From Gemmatimonadota bacterium (GTDB taxonomy: Bacteria; Gemmatimonadota; Gemmatimonadetes; Longimicrobiales; RSA9), in NCBI GenBank assembly GCA_040905425.1, contig JBBDRO010000067.1, positions 87,861 to 102,344 on the forward strand: DNA of 14,484 nucleotides, read 5' to 3'. Positions within the stretch are counted from its first letter, which is position 1. Each line of letters begins with the position of its first letter. Positions 9,505 through 14,484 of this stretch are shown in pieces. The notes beneath the pieces were generated by a model. It was not told where the DNA came from and did not search any database. It worked only from the letters and a program-made list of their open reading frames with translations. Position numbers and translations under genes: made by a program.

Positions 9505-10740
9505 ATGAATCCGCCATTGCGCCACCCGCATGGGGCCTGGGCCATCCTGCTGCTGCTGTCCGTGGCGGAACTGCTGGGCATGTCCCTCTGGTTCACGGCC
9601 AGCGCCACCGCCCCACAGCTGTCCGAGCTGTGGGGGCTGGACGCCGGCCAGGCCGGGTGGCTGACCACCACCGTGCAGCTGGGCTTCGTGGCGGGCACCG
9701 CGCTGGCGGCGCTGCTGAACGTGGCGGACCTGCTCCCCTCCCGGCGCCTGTTCGCCGGCTCGGCGCTGGCCGCCGCGCTGGTCAACGGTGCCCTGGTCGT
9801 GGCGCCGGGCTACAGCGCGGGCCTGGCGCTCCGCTTTCTCACGGGCTTCTTCCTGGCGGGGGTCTACCCGCCCGCCATGAAGATGGCGGCCACGTGGTTC
9901 CGCTCGGCGCGCGGCTTTGCCATCGGCACCATCGTGGGTGCCCTCACCGTGGGGAAGGCGCTCCCCTACCTGGTGGGGGCCGTCGGCACGCCGGATTACC
10001 GTATGGTCGTCCTGACCGCCTCGGGCGGCGCGCTGGCGGCCGCGCTGCTGGTGGGGCTGCTTTATCGTGATGGACCGTTCCCCTTCCCCCGGCGCCCGTT
10101 CTCCTGGGCGCTCGTGGGCACCGTGCTGCGCCACCGGCCCACGCGGCTGGCTATCGGTGGTTACCTGGGGCACATGTGGGAGCTGTACGCCATGTGGACG
10201 CTCATCGCCGTCTTCTTTTACGATTTCTTCCTGGCCGGTGAGCTGACGAATGTGGCGGCAGTGAGCCGCGCGGGGCTGCTCGCGTTCAGCGTGATCGCCA
10301 TGGGCGGGATCGGCGCTGTGCTGGCGGGCGTGTGGGCGGACCGTTTCGGCCGCGAGCGCATCACCATCTGGTCGATGGCGGTGAGCGGGGCGTGTTCGCT
10401 GGTGGTGGGCTGGCTCATCGGCGCTCCGATCCTGCTGGTGGTGCCGCTGGCCCTGGTATGGGGCTTTGCCATCGTGGCGGACTCGGCGCAGTTCAGCGCT
10501 GTGGTGACGGAGGTGGCGCCGCCGCACGCGGTGGGCACGGCGCTCACCATCCAGACGTCGCTTGGATTCGCGCTGACGGCCGGGTCGATCTGGCTGACGA
10601 TTGCAATCGCGGAGCAGTTCGGGTGGGGGCCCGCCTTCAGCCTCCTCGCGATCGGCCCGGTGTTTGGAATCGCCGCGATGGTGCGACTGAAAAACATACG
10701 TTTTGGCGTCGCTCCAAAGGACCTCAAGAGCGGCGCGTGA
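9505..10740 (+). CDS. Major facilitator superfamily transporter, 411 aa
   Basis: About 12 hydrophobic segments; motifs LRFLTGFFLAGVYPPAMK, GYLGHMWELYAMW, GVWADRFGRER (MFS loop motif) and VADSAQFSA. Confidence 0.93.
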   Translation: MNPPLRHPHGAWAILLLLSVAELLGMSLWFTASATAPQLSELWGLDAGQAGWLTTTVQLGFVAGTALAALLNVADLLPSRRLFAGSALAAALVNGALVVAPGYSAGLALRFLTGFFLAGVYPPAMKMAATWFRSARGFAIGTIVGALTVGKALPYLVGAVGTPDYRMVVLTASGGALAAALLVGLLYRDGPFPFPRRPFSWALVGTVLRHRPTRLAIGGYLGHMWELYAMWTLIAVFFYDFFLAGELTNVAAVSRAGLLAFSVIAMGGIGAVLAGVWADRFGRERITIWSMAVSGACSLVVGWLIGAPILLVVPLALVWGFAIVADSAQFSAVVTEVAPPHAVGTALTIQTSLGFALTAGSIWLTIAIAEQFGWGPAFSLLAIGPVFGIAAMVRLKNIRFGVAPKDLKSGA

Positions 10741-10812
10741 CAAGACTTGTGACGCCTGCTCCGACAACTCCTGGTGGCTCTGCTTCGACCTTGTAGGGCC
10801 TGCAGCGGTGGC

Positions 10813-10862
10813 GTGTTGTGATGTCTCGTTATATCCTGTAAAGTACCGTGAAATCACAACAC
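10813..10862 (+). promoter_or_regulatory. abiE promoter with overlapping inverted-repeat operator
   Basis: 22-bp arms at 10813-10834 and 10841-10862 match at 17/22 positions (outer 10 bp GTGTTGTGAT/ATCACAACAC perfect). They contain TTGTGA(10816)-17 bp-TAAAGT(10839). Confidence 0.75.
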
Positions 10863-10877
10863 CCAACACCGGTGCCC

Positions 10878-11477
10878 ATGTCGACCAAGACCGAACGCCT
10901 ACTTCGCTTCGTGCGGGAGCGCGGCCTCGTGCGGGCTCGCGATGTCGAGGCGGCGGGATACCCGACGGCCCTCCTGTACCGGCTCCGTGACCGCGGCGAT
11001 CTGGAGCAGGCGGGGCCCGGGCTGTTCCGCCACCCGGAGGCGGATCTCACGGAGCATCACTCCTATGCGGAGGCGGGGAAGCTCGTGCCCTCCGGTGTGA
11101 TCTGTCTCCTCTCCGCACTCGCGTTCCACGAAATCGGTACGCAGAACCCGTGGCAGGTCTGGATGGCGCTCGAGCGAGGGAAACAGCGGCCCCGTTCCCC
11201 GGGGCTCCCGCTCAAGATTGTCTGGTTCTCGGGTGACGCGATGCGTGAAGGAGTGGAACACCACGCCGTCGAGGGCGTCGAGGTGCGGGTGTTCGGGCCG
11301 GCGAAGACGGTGGCCGACCTCTTTAAGTTCCGGAACAAGGTCGGAGTCGATGTGGCGATCGAAGCGCTCCGAGACGGGCTGGAACGCCAGCTCTTCAGCC
11401 GGGACCAGGTCCTGAGCTTCGCGAAGATCTGCCGCGTCGAGCGTGTCATCAAGCCCTACCTCCAGGCCCTCTCGTGA
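10878..11477 (+). CDS. abiEi: Type IV toxin-antitoxin antitoxin, AbiEi family, 199 aa
   Basis: N-terminal winged HTH (LLYRLRDRGDLEQAGPGLF), VICLLSALAFHEI, PAKTVADLFKFRNKVGVDVAIEALR. GTGA overlap with the toxin gene. GTG 10848 lies inside the operator, so ATG 10878 is preferred. Confidence 0.92.
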   Translation: MSTKTERLLRFVRERGLVRARDVEAAGYPTALLYRLRDRGDLEQAGPGLFRHPEADLTEHHSYAEAGKLVPSGVICLLSALAFHEIGTQNPWQVWMALERGKQRPRSPGLPLKIVWFSGDAMREGVEHHAVEGVEVRVFGPAKTVADLFKFRNKVGVDVAIEALRDGLERQLFSRDQVLSFAKICRVERVIKPYLQALS

Positions 11478-12397
11478 GCGCGGCCGCGGGGGGACCGAAG
11501 GATCTCGCGGCCTCCGTCCGTCAGCGCCTTCTCAACCTCAGCCGTCGGACCGGTGAGGACTACAACGCCCTCCTCGTACGGTTCACCACAGAACGTCTGC
11601 TTTTCCGGATTTCCAGCTCAGCGCATGCGGACAGCTTCGTCCTGAAAGGCGCATGGCTGTTCTACGCCTGGGACCTCCAACGTAGAGCCACGCGCGACGT
11701 CGACTTCCTTGGGTTCGGTGAATCGTCCCCGGATGCGGTTGAAGCTCTGTTCCGCGAGATCCTCGCAACCGAGGTCGAACCGGACGGGGTGACGTTCGAT
11801 CTCGACACACTTCGGGTTGCTCCCACTCGCGATGGCGCCGCGTACCCTGGCGTCCGAGTCCGCGTGGAGGCGCGGCTGGGAGCCGCGCGCGTCACTGCCC
11901 AGGTGGACGTCGGCTACGGCGATACGATGGTCGGTGCACCGGAGGTGGTCGAGTTCCCGACGCTATTGGATTTCCCACCTCCACGCCTGCCTGCATACGC
12001 GATCGAGACCGCCGTTGCCGAAAAGGTCGAAGCGATCGTTCGATTCGGGGTTCTGACCAGTCGGTTCAAGGACTTCTTCGATCTCACAGTGCTCGCGAGC
12101 GAAAGGGAGCTCGACGGAGCACTCCTTCGTGATCAGATCCGTGAGACTTTCGCCCGCAGACGTGCCGAGTGGCCCGACGGCGTGCCCGCCGGACTCGACG
12201 ACCCGTTCGCCGAGGACCCGGACTCCCAGCGACAGTGGTCGGCCTTCCTCGAGCGGTCGAGAGCCCACGAAGGGGTTCCGGAGCCCTTTGGGGAAGTGGT
12301 CATGCGGGTGCGGGGGATGGTGCTCCCGGTACTTCAGGCGGCCGCCCTCGACCAGACCTTTTCCGTCCGCTGGGTGCCGTCTGTCGGCTGGACGTGA
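11474..12397 (+). CDS. abiEii: Type IV toxin, AbiEii/AbiGii nucleotidyltransferase, 307 aa
   Basis: SVRQRLLN, ERLLFRI, FVLKGA...RATRDVDF (nucleotidyltransferase DxD), QVDVGYGD, AEKVEAI, SRFKDFFD. Confidence 0.92.
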   Translation: MSAAAGGPKDLAASVRQRLLNLSRRTGEDYNALLVRFTTERLLFRISSSAHADSFVLKGAWLFYAWDLQRRATRDVDFLGFGESSPDAVEALFREILATEVEPDGVTFDLDTLRVAPTRDGAAYPGVRVRVEARLGAARVTAQVDVGYGDTMVGAPEVVEFPTLLDFPPPRLPAYAIETAVAEKVEAIVRFGVLTSRFKDFFDLTVLASERELDGALLRDQIRETFARRRAEWPDGVPAGLDDPFAEDPDSQRQWSAFLERSRAHEGVPEPFGEVVMRVRGMVLPVLQAAALDQTFSVRWVPSVGWT

Positions 12398-12614
12398 CCG
12401 AGTTGTCACGAGCCGGACTGCGGTGTGCAACGCTTTCGTTACGTGCCGACCGCCGTGACAAAATACGTGTCAAATCGTGCCTCACCTCACGCCTCGATAC
12501 TGCCTCCAGCAGCCGAGCTAGTGCCGCCGGCATCAGCACGGAAACCATTGACATGCCGCGAGATAACCGTCAATGCCCGCACACATCCGACTTGACTGCC
12601 ACCCCCCCACCTAT

Positions 12615-13011
12615 ATGTGGGAGTTGTACGCCATGTGGAGCTCGTGGCCGTCTTTTTTTACGACTTCTTCCTGCTCCGCGAGTTGACGACCGTGGCGGCC
12701 GCAAGCCGCGCCGGACTGCTCGCCTTCAGCGTGATCGCCATGGGCGGTGTGGGCTCGGTGCTGGCCGGTGTGTGGGCGGACCGCTTCGGCCGCGAGCGCA
12801 TCACCATCTGGTCCATGGCGGTCAGCGGGCTGTGTTCTTTAACGCTGGGCTGGCTCGTCTGCGGTCCGATCCTGCTGGTGGTGGTCCTTACCCTCCTGTG
12901 GGGCTTCACCATCGTGGCTGGGGGCCGGCGTTCAGTTTGCTGGCCATCGGGCCGGTGCTGGGGATCGTGGCGATGGTGCGGCTGAAAAAGGCGCGCATGG
13001 CTCCCAGCTAG
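12615..13011 (+). pseudogene. Remnant of the 3' half of an MFS transporter homologous to 9505..10740
   Basis: 12615-12918 aligns to 10174-10478 (about 50 differences in 305 nt by hand count) with a 1-bp deletion near 12640. It lacks the 145 bp equivalent to 10479-10623, then resumes WGPAFSLLAIGPVLGIVAMVRLKKARMAPS*. No 5' half is present. Confidence 0.93.
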
Positions 13012-13022
13012 CTTACGAGCCG

Positions 13023-14484
13023 TCACAGCTCGCGGAGCACCTCCGTCGGCTCGACGAGGGAAGTTCTCCAGGTCGGCCACCATACCGCAACGAGGGACGT
13101 CAGCAGCAGAAGCGGGGGCACGAGGAGCCAGCTGCGGACGCTGGACTCCACCGGCATGACACTCCGGGCCACCAGGACGCCGGGAGGAAGTCCGACCAGA
13201 AGCCCCAGCCAGACCGGGCCCAATCCCTTGCGCATTCCCTCGCGGAGCACCTGGCCGCTGCTGGCTCCGAGGGCGCGGCGCACGCCAATCTCTTTGGCCC
13301 GTCCCGCCATGGTAAAGGCATGGACCCCGTGCAACCCCACCAGGGCCATGAAAAGCGTCACGCCGCCGAGGGTGAGGAAGATCGACATGAACAACGTGGC
13401 CGCACCATGCCCCCGCCGTAGTGTCTCCTCCAGGGTGAGCACATCGCCCAGGGGTAGGTGCGGGTCCAGGGGCGCCACCGACCGCTTCCATACGTCGAAC
13501 AGGGAGGTCCCGTCGCGTGTCCGGACGAGCAGCCATGTGGACGCCGGCGGAACCTGGTCCAGGGGCAGGTAGATCCCTGGCTGTCCTCGTCCCATGGCAC
13601 CGGGCGTGACGCCCCGATCGTCCACCACACCCACCACGGTGGCGGTGTACGGCGCACCGGGCATCAGCCTGTCGATCACGATCTCGCGCCCGATAGCGTC
13701 ATTCATGATCCCCTCCTGGCCAACGAACGCCTCGTTCACGACGGCCACGGGCTGCGCCTGCGCGCGGTCCGCTGCCGAGATGAGGCGTCCGGTCGTGATC
13801 GATCCTCCCAGCAGGGGCAGGAAGGAAGGGTCCACACTTCGCACCTGGGCCGGGGGCAGATCGCCGCCATCGACCTGTAGGTGGACGATCCCGGCAGGCA
13901 CCACGGCCCCCTCCTTTCCCGGCAGCGCGCTGGCCAAGGCCAGGCTCTGGATCGCGGGGTCGGCCCGGACCGCCTCCTCGAGCCGGCCGAGGAAATCCCG
14001 CCGGGCCTCAAGGCCGGCGTAGCCCGGAGGCTCCAGGATGAACCGCCCCGTCACGACACCCTGAGTGACGAAATCCGTGCCGGTCCGCAGCCGGTTCAGC
14101 GCCTCTTCCACCACGACGCTCGAGACGGCCAGGAGGAAGCAGGATAGCGCCACCTCCACGCCCACGACCCATGCCATGGCCCGGGCACCGCCGGCTCGCC
14201 CGCCTGCCGTGCGCCGCAGGGCACCGTCGAAGCTAGCACGAGAGGCCCGGATGGCCGGAAGAAGCGCGGCAACGGCAAGCGTGAGGGTCGTGAGGAGCCC
14301 GGCCATGGCGAACGAGCGTGCGCCCGGGCTGAAATCGAGCCAGTACGGCACGATGGTGGCCTGCCCCGTCACGTACCGCACCATCATCTGCAACGCGGCC
14401 TGCCCGAGCGCCAGGCCGAGCACCCCGCCCGCAGCGGCCAGGAAGAGGCCCTCCAGCACGGTGAGCGCGATCACCTGGAAGCGG
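13023..14484 (-). CDS. MacB/FtsX-type ABC permease (ADOP-like duplicated permease), 5'-truncated by the window edge
   Basis: End of a first FtsX domain (LEGLFLAAAGGVLGL, LLPAIRASR, VEVALSCFLL), a periplasmic domain (GRLISAAD, VAVVNEAF, VVGVVDD) and a second FtsX domain (KEIGVRRALGAS, VEPTEVLR). The frame stays open to the window end. Confidence 0.9.
   Translation of the reverse strand, partial: RFQVIALTVLEGLFLAAAGGVLGLALGQAALQMMVRYVTGQATIVPYWLDFSPGARSFAMAGLLTTLTLAVAALLPAIRASRASFDGALRRTAGGRAGGARAMAWVVGVEVALSCFLLAVSSVVVEEALNRLRTGTDFVTQGVVTGRFILEPPGYAGLEARRDFLGRLEEAVRADPAIQSLALASALPGKEGAVVPAGIVHLQVDGGDLPPAQVRSVDPSFLPLLGGSITTGRLISAADRAQAQPVAVVNEAFVGQEGIMNDAIGREIVIDRLMPGAPYTATVVGVVDDRGVTPGAMGRGQPGIYLPLDQVPPASTWLLVRTRDGTSLFDVWKRSVAPLDPHLPLGDVLTLEETLRRGHGAATLFMSIFLTLGGVTLFMALVGLHGVHAFTMAGRAKEIGVRRALGASSGQVLREGMRKGLGPVWLGLLVGLPPGVLVARSVMPVESSVRSWLLVPPLLLLTSLVAVWWPTWRTSLVEPTEVLREL

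Noticed and set aside
9475..10869. 464-aa minus-strand ORF
   Set aside because: Antisense shadow of the MFS gene, rich in R/H/G/Q as expected in high-GC DNA, with no recognisable motifs.
12169..13011. 280-aa ORF ending in an MFS C-terminus, read as a possible fusion gene
   Set aside because: Only the last ~30 codons are MFS-like; the rest is off-frame abiEii, spacer and off-frame remnant.
10174..13011. DGR template/variable repeat interpretation of the MFS duplication
   Set aside because: Differences are not adenine-specific, many are synonymous, and there is no reverse transcriptase in the window.

Overview
High-GC bacterial chromosomal window; the gene content (ADOP-type permease, SirB1, YgfZ, bacterial Cdc48) suggests Gemmatimonadota or a similar lineage, which is inference only. 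The left ~10.7 kb looks like core genome. It holds a full-length Cdc48/p97-type double-AAA ATPase (+) and, converging on it, a minus-strand run: 93-aa hypothetical, SirB1-TPR, YgfZ-like, Nramp-like transporter, 86-aa hypothetical, gamma-glutamylcyclotransferase, ABC ATPase and ABC permease. A monocistronic zinc-ribbon gene with a candidate sigma54 promoter and an MFS transporter (+) follow. The right ~3.7 kb looks accessory: an intact type IV toxin-antitoxin pair (AbiEi/AbiEii) with a long inverted-repeat operator, a broken copy of the MFS 3' half (about 84% identical), and a truncated MacB/FtsX (ADOP-like) permease. The most notable structure is the AbiE module lying between two diverged versions of the MFS 3' half, with no integrase and with related palindromes at both module edges. 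This suggests a cargo hotspot built by 3'-end replacement of the MFS gene.
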